Positions 55,419 to 64,000 of a stretch of 64,000 bases of DNA are shown piece by piece. The position numbers were made by a program, and so were the translations under genes. Where the stretch lies: assembly GCA_963805855.1 (NCBI GenBank), contig CAWDVW010000002.1:640001-704000 (forward strand), written 5' to 3'. Source of the DNA: Candidatus Dadabacteria bacterium (lineage in GTDB: Bacteria > Desulfobacterota_D > UBA1144 > Nemesobacterales > CSP1-2). The notes under the pieces are model-generated. The model worked only from the letters and a program-made list of their open reading frames with translations. It was not told the origin of the DNA and searched no databases. Position 1 is the stretch's first letter. Each line of letters starts with the position of its first letter.

Positions 55419-58400
55419 TTGGTTGTGAATTCGACACAAAGAACAGAAATAAGCGATTTATTCGACAGCTTAAAAAATTCCGAAATCTGTAAACAGATTA
55501 CTGACAAAATAGAGGCAGGCGTGCGCCGCCTCACCCTGACTGGGCTTACCGGTTCATCGCGGTCCTATATGATTTCGGCATTAGCTCAACTGCTCAATAT
55601 GCCTGTTTTCTACATAACCGACTCAGCCGAAAGGTCAGTTGAGGCACAGGCAGAAATCTCATTTTTTAGCGGACAAAGACCGCCGCTCCTCAAAAAAAAG
55701 GAATTAGAGTTAAACGAATCGATCTTCTCATCGGTATCCAAGGAAACCTCAGCCCGTTTAGAATGGTTATACCTTGCGAGAGTGAATAAAATACTCATAG
55801 CCGAGGCGCCCGCGGTTCTCGAGCGGGTGATTCCGATGAAGGTATTTGATGACTCGGTCATATCCATAAAAACTGGAGATAATGTGTCAAGGAGTGAATT
55901 TATTTCCAGGCTTGTAGAGATGGGTTATGTACAGACAGAGTTCGTACAGAACTACGGAGAATTAAGCACAAGAGGATCGATCATCGACGTTTTTTCGCCT
56001 GCGACCCCTAATCCGATAAGGTTAGAACTCCTTGGAGATGAGATAATCTCTATCAGATATTTTGGAACGTCTGACCAGAGGTTCGTAGAAAAAACCGAAA
56101 GTGCCATAATTTTACCGGCAAGCGAAGTCATTCTAAGCAAGGATGCGATAAGCCGATCGATCTGCTATATTAAAAAGAAAGCCAAAGATCATGAGATACC
56201 AACCTCGACTAAGCTCTCACTGATGAATGACATAGAGCGAGGCAAGAGGGTCCCCTGGGTCGACATGCTACTACCATCGTTCTACCCTAATCTCGGAAAA
56301 GTCTTCGACTATATTCTCCCAGAAACACTCATAATTTTAGATCCGGCTGATGATATATTCAAGTCTCTTGCTTCATATGCTGACTCATTACTCAGAATCA
56401 GCGGAAATCAAGGAAATAGTAACAAAATCGTACCGGGTATAGACGAGCTTCGTCTCGAAGATGATAGGTTTGGAGAAGAAATTTCAAGGTTTCAAACAAT
56501 TCAAGTCGAAGACTTATGGCTGAATGCGGAAGAAACCGAAGGCATTAATCTACATACCGAACCCATTAACATTAAAAGACAAAAAAACCTCGATTCCCCT
56601 TTCGAAGCCCTTGCCAATGAGATAGTCGAAGCAGAAAAGATAGGCTGCTCGGCACATATCATCATTAGCAACGATGTAACTAGAGAATTGGTAATCGAAG
56701 CGCTGGGAAGGCGTTCGATAAACAACTTCGATACGCATGTTGGCCACCTTTCTTGTGGATTTATATTTCCCGCAGCTAATCAAATGATAATCGGAGAAAA
56801 AGATATATTCGAAGATGGCAAGAGAATACGTCCCCGAAAGATAAAGGATATACCTTCGGCCTTCTTAACATCATTCAGCGAGCTCAAACCTGGCGATTTC
56901 ATCGTGCATATGGATTTCGGAATCGGCATCTACGGAGGCCTTAAGAGATTAAGATTCGGTAACATGGAAGGCGACTTCCTGCAATGCGAATACCAGGGAG
57001 GCGATAAAATATATGTGCCGGTCGATAAGCTCAAGCTCGTACAGAGGTATATCGGCGAGAGGAAGAACCCGAGGATCGACAAACTCGGACATCAGAACTG
57101 GAAAAGGGTGGTAACACGGGTCAAGAAAGCGGTTGAGAACATAGCAAAGGAGCTTCTGGAGCTCTACGCCCTAAGAAAAGCAGAAAGCGGTTTTCAGTTT
57201 TCGAAAAGAGATGACCTATTCAAGCAGTTCGAGTTCGAATTCCCGTATGAAGAAACAGTAGACCAAGACTCTGCCATTGAAGACGTAATGAGCGATATGG
57301 AATCGCAAACACCGATGGACAGGCTGATTTGCGGCGATGTTGGTTTTGGAAAAACAGAGGTAGCTATAAGAGCTGCCTTCAAGGCGGTGATGGACGGAAA
57401 GCAGGTTGCCTTCCTTGTGCCAACAACTCTCCTGGCATACCAGCATTATCTGACGTCGGTTGAGCGTTTAAAACAATATCCCGTGATAATAGAGACGCTA
57501 TCAAGATTTAAATCGCAAAAGAAAGAGAAAGAAATACTAGAGGCACTTAAAGAAGGCAACATCGATATAATCATCGGAACTCATAAGCTCCTGGGAAATA
57601 AGATTCAATTCAGGGACCTGGGACTATTGATAATCGACGAAGAGCACAAGTTTGGGGTATCGCAAAAAGAAAAACTCAGGAAAATTAAAAAGGGCATAGA
57701 TGTATTGTCACTTAGTGCTACCCCGATTCCACGCACACTTCAACTATCACTGGCCGGGATCAGGGACATAAGCCTAATAAACACCCCGCCTGAAGGAAGG
57801 CAGGCCATCGAAACATATGTACTTCGATTCAGTCGAGACTTAATAAGAAAAGCAATCTTAAAAGAAATCGATCGGGGAGGCTCGATATTCTTCATCCATA
57901 ACAGAATAGAGGATATCTACAAGACTGCCGAAGAGTTAAAGAAAACCGTACCAGAGGCAAGAATCGAGGTGACACACGGAAGGATGCACGAGAAACAACT
58001 CGAAGATAGTATCGATAAGTTTTCTCATGGTGAAATAGATGTACTGGTAACTACAGCGATAGTTGAATCCGGACTTGACATACGAAGAGCTAACACAATG
58101 ATCATAGACAATTCCCATAAATTCGGACTCGCAGACCTGTATCAACTACGTGGAAGGGTGGGCAGGTCGGACAAGAAGGCTTTGGCCTATTTTCTGGTCC
58201 CAACCACAGGCTCACTAACCGCGGAATCCAGGAGACGCCTAAAGGCAATTACCGAACTCAATGAGCTTGGCTCGGGATATAGACTTGCTTTGTCAGACCT
58301 TGAGATAAGAGGCGCCGGGAATATCTTCGGCACGGAACAGTCGGGGCATATCGCCGATGTCGGACTCGAGCTATACCTTGAGATGCTCGATGAATCGATT

Positions 58401-58868
58401 AGGAAATTAAAAAGGGAAGAAAGATTCGTCGAATATGAACCCGAAATCAAGTTTAATTTCTCAGCCTTTATTCCAGATGATTATATCCGAGACTCCACTG
58501 AGAGGCTGTTATTTTATAAAAAGCTATCAGCAGTTTCATCAGAAGATGAACTATATTCAATAAGGGAGGAACTAACAGACAGATTTGGGAAAATCCCAGA
58601 GCCCGGTTTGAACCTGCTGAACATAGTAGAATTGAAGATATTAATGAAAGAACTGCAAATCGGGAAAATGGAGATCAAAGACGGTGATACAATAATTGAC
58701 TTTCGTGAAAACTCCCCTCTGCTCAGTAGATTTAAGCCAGCCGGCAGGTTGAGGATTATCAAAAGCAATGGAAACCGATTTATAGAAATTAAGAAGAGGC
58801 TGAGGGAATTGACCAACGTTATGAATGCGAAAAAGAGGCAAAAGCGGAGAAGTTATCCCCATCTATAA
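55419..58868 (+). CDS. mfd: Transcription-repair coupling factor
   Basis: UvrB-like N-terminus, CarD-like RID, CGDVGFGKTEVA, DEEH, QLRGRVGR, TRCF C-terminus. Confidence 0.97.
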   Translation: MVVNSTQRTEISDLFDSLKNSEICKQITDKIEAGVRRLTLTGLTGSSRSYMISALAQLLNMPVFYITDSAERSVEAQAEISFFSGQRPPLLKKKELELNESIFSSVSKETSARLEWLYLARVNKILIAEAPAVLERVIPMKVFDDSVISIKTGDNVSRSEFISRLVEMGYVQTEFVQNYGELSTRGSIIDVFSPATPNPIRLELLGDEIISIRYFGTSDQRFVEKTESAIILPASEVILSKDAISRSICYIKKKAKDHEIPTSTKLSLMNDIERGKRVPWVDMLLPSFYPNLGKVFDYILPETLIILDPADDIFKSLASYADSLLRISGNQGNSNKIVPGIDELRLEDDRFGEEISRFQTIQVEDLWLNAEETEGINLHTEPINIKRQKNLDSPFEALANEIVEAEKIGCSAHIIISNDVTRELVIEALGRRSINNFDTHVGHLSCGFIFPAANQMIIGEKDIFEDGKRIRPRKIKDIPSAFLTSFSELKPGDFIVHMDFGIGIYGGLKRLRFGNMEGDFLQCEYQGGDKIYVPVDKLKLVQRYIGERKNPRIDKLGHQNWKRVVTRVKKAVENIAKELLELYALRKAESGFQFSKRDDLFKQFEFEFPYEETVDQDSAIEDVMSDMESQTPMDRLICGDVGFGKTEVAIRAAFKAVMDGKQVAFLVPTTLLAYQHYLTSVERLKQYPVIIETLSRFKSQKKEKEILEALKEGNIDIIIGTHKLLGNKIQFRDLGLLIIDEEHKFGVSQKEKLRKIKKGIDVLSLSATPIPRTLQLSLAGIRDISLINTPPEGRQAIETYVLRFSRDLIRKAILKEIDRGGSIFFIHNRIEDIYKTAEELKKTVPEARIEVTHGRMHEKQLEDSIDKFSHGEIDVLVTTAIVESGLDIRRANTMIIDNSHKFGLADLYQLRGRVGRSDKKALAYFLVPTTGSLTAESRRRLKAITELNELGSGYRLALSDLEIRGAGNIFGTEQSGHIADVGLELYLEMLDESIRKLKREERFVEYEPEIKFNFSAFIPDDYIRDSTERLLFYKKLSAVSSEDELYSIREELTDRFGKIPEPGLNLLNIVELKILMKELQIGKMEIKDGDTIIDFRENSPLLSRFKPAGRLRIIKSNGNRFIEIKKRLRELTNVMNAKKRQKRRSYPHL

Positions 58869-58899
58869 TAGGCGCATCTTCAACATGTTTAAATTTCGT

Positions 58900-58999
58900 G
58901 ACAAGAATGTCCCGACTATCCATAGGAAAGATTATTGTTATCAACAACGATAGGCGGGGTTTTCCAACCCCGCATCGATCAAACATTGGTTTGGAAACC
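58900..58999. repeat. REP hairpin pair (GATAG-type)
   Basis: gacaagaatgtcccgactatc ... gataggcggggttttccaaccccgc, as at 37200-37273. Confidence 0.82.
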
Positions 59000-59174
59000 A
59001 TAATGATTTGTAAGCACAATTATTTATCGGCAAGCTATTCTAATGGTATTATGTTATCTTAAATGAGGTTATTTTTCACGCAACAAATTTAGACTTTTTT
59101 GGTCTGGTAATTTATTTTAAGCAGAATATAGTATATTTCTATTTTATAAATTAGTCTCAGGAGAGTATAAGAAA

Positions 59175-60113
59175 GTGAAGAGAATGGAATTTTCATCTTT
59201 ATACATCGGTATCTTTACACTCTTATTCTTAACCTTTGTAAATATATCTTGGGCCAGAGACGTTATAGATGGAGTTATAGCAATCGTAAACGATGACGTG
59301 ATTACACTTTCCGAATTTGAGAAAAAGCTTCCGAATCAGAACGTAAAAGTTACCCCGCAACAAGAAAAAACGATTTTAGATCAGATGATAGAACAAAAGC
59401 TGTTGGAACAAGAAGCAGAGAAGCTGGGAATAAAGGTTTCGGAAAGCGAAGTAGATCAGGGCATCCAGAGCGTAATAGGAAAATTCAACCTGAGCGATGA
59501 GCAAATGAAGGAGGTATTGGCTAAGGAAAACCTTACACCCGAACAGTTCAGAGAACAGTGGAGGCTACAGATACTAAGCCAGAAGGTGATTGGGGCTAAA
59601 CTCCAGGGGCAACTAGCAGTTACGGACGATGAGATTGAAGAATACTATAAGGCGAACTATGGGACCGATGAAAGGGTAGATCAGGTAAAAATAGCGCATA
59701 TCTTGATAACTCCAGACGCAGCGGGTGGAGACGAGCAGGCAAAACAGCGAGCAGAAGAGGTTGCAGAACTGGCCAAGTCCGGAGAAGACTTTGGAAAGTT
59801 GGCAAGAGAGTATTCTAACGACACTATATCATCGGTTAAAGGTGGTGAACTCGGATACTTCCGGAGGGGAGACCTCGTAGAATCCCTTGAAAATGCTGCT
59901 TATTCCACTCCGGTCGGAGAGATATCAGGGCCGGTCGAGTCTCCGGCAGGCTATCATATCGTAAAGGTTCTGGACAAAAAAACGAACGAGGGCACCCTTG
60001 ACGACTATAGAGAAGAAATTAAGGAAAAGCTGTATAAAGAAAAAGCGCAGGAAGAACTGAGCGCATGGATAGACGAAGTAAAAAGTTCTGCTTACATTGA
60101 TCTAAGGATTTAA
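59175..60113 (+). CDS. surA: SurA-like periplasmic chaperone/PpiC peptidyl-prolyl isomerase
   Basis: [37 protein letters not shown]; follows mfd. Confidence 0.82.
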   Translation: MKRMEFSSLYIGIFTLLFLTFVNISWARDVIDGVIAIVNDDVITLSEFEKKLPNQNVKVTPQQEKTILDQMIEQKLLEQEAEKLGIKVSESEVDQGIQSVIGKFNLSDEQMKEVLAKENLTPEQFREQWRLQILSQKVIGAKLQGQLAVTDDEIEEYYKANYGTDERVDQVKIAHILITPDAAGGDEQAKQRAEEVAELAKSGEDFGKLAREYSNDTISSVKGGELGYFRRGDLVESLENAAYSTPVGEISGPVESPAGYHIVKVLDKKTNEGTLDDYREEIKEKLYKEKAQEELSAWIDEVKSSAYIDLRI

Positions 60114-63067
60114 CTCCCCTTTTTACCGAAGGCATCGATTGGCGGGCATACACACACAAGATTCTTATCCCCGTAAGGATTATTAATCCTTCCAACCGGC
60201 GGCCAGAATTTATTGATTTTTACATAGGGTAGTGGGTAGACAGCCTTTTCCCTGGTATAGGGGTGGCTCCATTTATCCGAGAGCACTTCTTCGGCTGTAT
60301 GAGGCGAGTTTTTCAATACATTATCCTTAGAGTCTGCGGTTCCGGAAGATATCTCCTTAGCCTCATGATAGATCGCGATAAGGGCATCGCAAAAGCGATC
60401 CAGTTCACCTTTCCCCTCACTTTCAGTCGGTTCAATCATCATCGTCCCGGGAACAGGCCACGATATGGTAGGCGCATGGAAACCATAATCCATGAGCCTC
60501 TTAGCCACATCTTCGACTTCAATACCAAAGCTAGTTTTCAATGGTCGTAGATCCAATATGAATTCATGTGCTACCCTTCCATGAGTCCCATCATATAACA
60601 CCCTATAATATCTTTCCAATCTAGATTTAAGATAATTGGCATTCAAGATCGCAACCTTGGACGCGTCTGTAACACCCTTGGAGCCAAGCATCTTAATGTA
60701 TCCATAAGATATCAGAAGAATACATCCACTCCCCCAAGGAGCGGAAGCTACCGCAGTGATCGATTTCCCACCGCCAACGGGTACCAGCGGGTGACCCGGA
60801 AGATATGGTGATAAATGCTCGGCTGCGCATATTGGGCCCATTCCCGGCCCTCCACCTCCGTGCGGGATGCTGAAAGTCTTATGTAAATTCAAATGACAGA
60901 TATCGGCCCCTATCGTTGAAGGACTTGTAAGCCCTACCTGTGCGTTCATGTTGGCGCCATCCATATATACCTGTCCACCGTTTTCGTGGATTAATGAGCA
61001 AATGTCCGTGATGTTTTCTTCGAAGACTCCATGGGTTGACGGATATGTAATCATGATAGCAGCCAGATTATCCCTATGTTCGGACACCTTATTTATTAAG
61101 TCCCCAAAATCAATATTGCCCTCTCCATCGCAGGAAACAACCACTACATTCATTCCTGAAAGAACCGCACTCGCGGGGTTAGTACCGTGCGCTGAGGCTG
61201 GTACTAAGACGATATTACGATGCCCCTCGCCTACATCCTGATAATAGGCTCGAATAACCATGAGACCAGTATACTCTCCCTGTGCACCGGAATTAGGCTG
61301 TAGCGACACAGAGGGAAATCCCGTTATTTCACTTAAAAACCTCTCTAGCTCCTTAATTATCTCAGCGTAACCCTGGGTCTGGTCTAATGGAACGAATGGA
61401 TGCAGTCTTGAGAATTCTGGCCAGCTAATCGGTATCATTTCTGAAGTTGCGTTCAGCTTCATCGTACAGGAGCCAAGCGGTATCATCGATGTTGTCAGAG
61501 AAAGATCTCGACTCTCCAAAGTCTTTATATATCTGAGAATCTTGGTCTCAGAATGGTAACTGTTAAATACCGGATGGGTTAAGAAATCGCTCTTCCGTGC
61601 TAATTCACCAGTGTAAAAGACTTCACCTGAATCATAAGATACTTCGACTGCTGACCCTCCATATTTTACTCCCCTAGCGCCAGCGAATATATTGACTATC
61701 CGTATTATATCCTCTATACCAACCGTCTCATCTAATGATATGCCGATAAACCTACCGCTTATGTATCTAAAATTCATCTGAGCCTTTCTGGCTAGTGACT
61801 CGAACTTTTTTCGAATACGGTAAGAGGACTCACCAAGATCGACTTTCAAGGTGTCGAAATAATATCTATTTGTCTGAGTGTAACCCAATTTATTTAATTC
61901 GAATTCCAGTATCCTTGTTAATCTATGAACCCTTTTCGCAATTGATCTCAAGCCATCTGGTCCGTGATAAACGGCATACATGCCTGACATTATCGCAGGA
62001 AGCGATTGAGCGGTACAAATATTTGAGGTGGCCTTTTCCCTTCTTATGTGCTGCTCTCGGGTTTGCAGCGCCATTCTAAAAGCCGTATTTCCATGCCTAT
62101 CGATCGACGCACCAATTATTCGGCCAGGAATCTGTCGTTTGTATTTATCCCTGGTGGCAAAATAAGCTGCGTGTGGCCCGCCGTATCCCAAAGGCACACC
62201 AAACCTCTGAGTTGAACCTACGACAACATCAGCACCTATATCTCCCGGCGGTTTGATGAGTGCAAGAGAAAGCAAATCTGCAGCAATAGCAACCATTGCC
62301 CGTGAATCATGGGCATAGCGAATGAAATTGGAATAATCGAGGACTTCTCCATCTGCATTAGGGTATTGTAGCAAGGCGCCGAATACTCCGCCGTCAAACT
62401 CAAATTTCACGTGGTCACCTATAATCAGTCGTATCCCTAAAGGCTCAGCCCGGGTTCTTAATACGTCTACAGTCTGGGGGAGACATCGTTCCGAAACAAA
62501 GAACCCATTTGCCCCTCCTCTTACCTTACCTTCTTCCCTGATCCTAAAGAGCATCGTCATTGCTTCCGCGGCTGCGGTTCCTTCATCAAGGAGGGAAGCA
62601 TTAGCGATTTCCATACCTGTCAAGTCTATTACCATCGTCTGGAAATTGATTAATGCCTCGAGGCGGCCCTGAGATATCTCCGCCTGATATGGAGTGTATT
62701 GAGTATACCAACCGGGATTTTCTAGGATATTCCTCTGAATCACACCCGGTGTTACACAATCGTAATAGCCCAATCCGATGAATGACTTAAAAACCTTATT
62801 CTTTAAAGCCACCTTCCTCAACCCTTCCAGGTAGTGATACTCAGTTGATGGGGAAGTTAATTCCAAAGGCTTTTTTAGACGGATGGAGATCGGGATCGTC
62901 TCGTCCATCAGTTGATCTAAAGAAGTTACACCCAAAACCGTGAGCATTTCCTGTAATTCACGCTCGTCGGGACCGATATGTCTCCTCGAAAAGTGATCAT
63001 GGGAATCCAACTCTGTCGGCGGAGAATTGTTTTTAAGATACGCCAAGTTATCTTGCTTATGTTTCAT
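60110..63067 (-). CDS. gcvP: Glycine dehydrogenase (single-chain P protein)
   Basis: [55 protein letters not shown] 63067 preferred. Confidence 0.97.
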   Translation of the reverse strand: MKHKQDNLAYLKNNSPPTELDSHDHFSRRHIGPDERELQEMLTVLGVTSLDQLMDETIPISIRLKKPLELTSPSTEYHYLEGLRKVALKNKVFKSFIGLGYYDCVTPGVIQRNILENPGWYTQYTPYQAEISQGRLEALINFQTMVIDLTGMEIANASLLDEGTAAAEAMTMLFRIREEGKVRGGANGFFVSERCLPQTVDVLRTRAEPLGIRLIIGDHVKFEFDGGVFGALLQYPNADGEVLDYSNFIRYAHDSRAMVAIAADLLSLALIKPPGDIGADVVVGSTQRFGVPLGYGGPHAAYFATRDKYKRQIPGRIIGASIDRHGNTAFRMALQTREQHIRREKATSNICTAQSLPAIMSGMYAVYHGPDGLRSIAKRVHRLTRILEFELNKLGYTQTNRYYFDTLKVDLGESSYRIRKKFESLARKAQMNFRYISGRFIGISLDETVGIEDIIRIVNIFAGARGVKYGGSAVEVSYDSGEVFYTGELARKSDFLTHPVFNSYHSETKILRYIKTLESRDLSLTTSMIPLGSCTMKLNATSEMIPISWPEFSRLHPFVPLDQTQGYAEIIKELERFLSEITGFPSVSLQPNSGAQGEYTGLMVIRAYYQDVGEGHRNIVLVPASAHGTNPASAVLSGMNVVVVSCDGEGNIDFGDLINKVSEHRDNLAAIMITYPSTHGVFEENITDICSLIHENGGQVYMDGANMNAQVGLTSPSTIGADICHLNLHKTFSIPHGGGGPGMGPICAAEHLSPYLPGHPLVPVGGGKSITAVASAPWGSGCILLISYGYIKMLGSKGVTDASKVAILNANYLKSRLERYYRVLYDGTHGRVAHEFILDLRPLKTSFGIEVEDVAKRLMDYGFHAPTISWPVPGTMMIEPTESEGKGELDRFCDALIAIYHEAKEISSGTADSKDNVLKNSPHTAEEVLSDKWSHPYTREKAVYPLPYVKINKFWPPVGRINNPYGDKNLVCVCPPIDAFGKKGS

Positions 63068-63199
63068 TGACAATAAAGCTGAGCCGCTTGAATAAATCTG
63101 TGGCAGACAAGACAATAAATAATCAAGCTGACTTTATTAGGAGCGTTTTCACATTGTTAGCCTTAGGGAATTCGAGCATTTTTTAGATACACTAATTTC

Positions 63200-63595
63200 C
63201 TATTTTCCTGTTTCCTTTTCAATAAATTCGGAATATTGCTCGCCATCCATTAGCTCGTCGTACTCATCGGAGTCATGTATCCTCACCTTTATCAACCAGC
63301 CGTCTCCGTACGGATCTTCATTTATGGTTTCTGGTGAATCAAGCAGAGATTCATTGACCTCAACGACCTCACCGCTGACCGGAGCATAAAGGTCAGAAAC
63401 AGACTTTGTCGATTCAACGCCACCAAACGAATCTCCCTTTGTAATTTCATCACCCTCGCTCGGCAGTTCTATATAAACGATCTCACCGAGAGCATCCTGC
63501 GCATAATCGGTTATACCTATAACTACCAATTCATCCTCAACCTTAGCCCACTCATGCTCATCTGTATATTTCAATTCTTCTGGAATCTCAATCAT
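63200..63595 (-). CDS. gcvH: Glycine cleavage H protein
   Basis: HEW, GITDYAQ, ESTKSVSD lipoyl lysine, NEDPYGDGW. Confidence 0.97.
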   Translation of the reverse strand: MIEIPEELKYTDEHEWAKVEDELVVIGITDYAQDALGEIVYIELPSEGDEITKGDSFGGVESTKSVSDLYAPVSGEVVEVNESLLDSPETINEDPYGDGWLIKVRIHDSDEYDELMDGEQYSEFIEKETGK

Positions 63596-64000
63596 AGCTT
63601 CGTCTCCTTCTTAAGAGGTTTGTTCGTGTAAAAAGGGGTTGAAACAATTCTTGATTTTCTCCTCGTTCCACGAATCTCTATATCAAGGTTCTCTCCAACC
63701 ATTGCGTTAGTGTTCAAAAGTGCCATTCCGATGCACTTCTCAAGGCTCGGGGATAAAGTTCCACTCGTAACAGTACCCAACTGAACTTCACCCCTCAATA
63801 CCGGGTAACCTTGCCTGGGTATACCACGATCGATCATATCAAATCCTATCAGTTTTTTTTCAGGCCCGGTCTCTAAAACCCTTACTAGAGCTCTCTTACC
63901 GATAAAATCGCCCTTATCAATTCTCACATATCTGCTCAAACCAGATTCAATTGGGTTTATATCCTCGTTAATCTCATGCCCATATAGCGGATAAGCCATT
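63592..64000 (-). CDS. gcvT: Glycine cleavage T protein, C-terminal part (5' beyond window)
   Basis: LYGHE, FIGK.AL, IPRQGY, VTSGT.SP.L. Confidence 0.93.
   Translation of the reverse strand, partial: MAYPLYGHEINEDINPIESGLSRYVRIDKGDFIGKRALVRVLETGPEKKLIGFDMIDRGIPRQGYPVLRGEVQLGTVTSGTLSPSLEKCIGMALLNTNAMVGENLDIEIRGTRRKSRIVSTPFYTNKPLKKETKL

Overview
Bacterial chromosomal window. Gene content and the secreted-protein families suggest a deltaproteobacteria-like lineage, possibly Ca. Dadabacteria (inference only). Housekeeping genes: metX/metY, birA, tRNA-Ile2(CAT), zinc-ribbon protein, rnhA, rnpB, tyrS, nadE, thiI, S41 protease, oppB, truA, leuB, mfd, surA-like, gcvP/H/T. A large envelope and accessory region (about 16-45.5 kb) has four notable parts. 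(1) A myxosortase-like CPBP intramembrane protease sits beside a dense polyprenol-phosphate-sugar/GT-C glycosylation locus. (2) A GMC oxidoreductase, its separately located Tat partner subunit, an ASPIC/FG-GAP lipoprotein and two PPIase-like lipoproteins. (3) Two surface proteins carry Gly/Ser-Cys-TM-basic C-terminal sorting tails. (4) Two near-identical REP-associated tyrosine transposase (RAYT) genes in direct orientation bracket a two-gene paralogous surface-protein operon; a third inverted, internally deleted copy and many GTAG/GATAG REP hairpins lie nearby. Three genes are interrupted (birA, the ASPIC protein, a PMT-like gene), and these breaks may be sequencing errors. All calls are from manual motif reading; no database searches were run.
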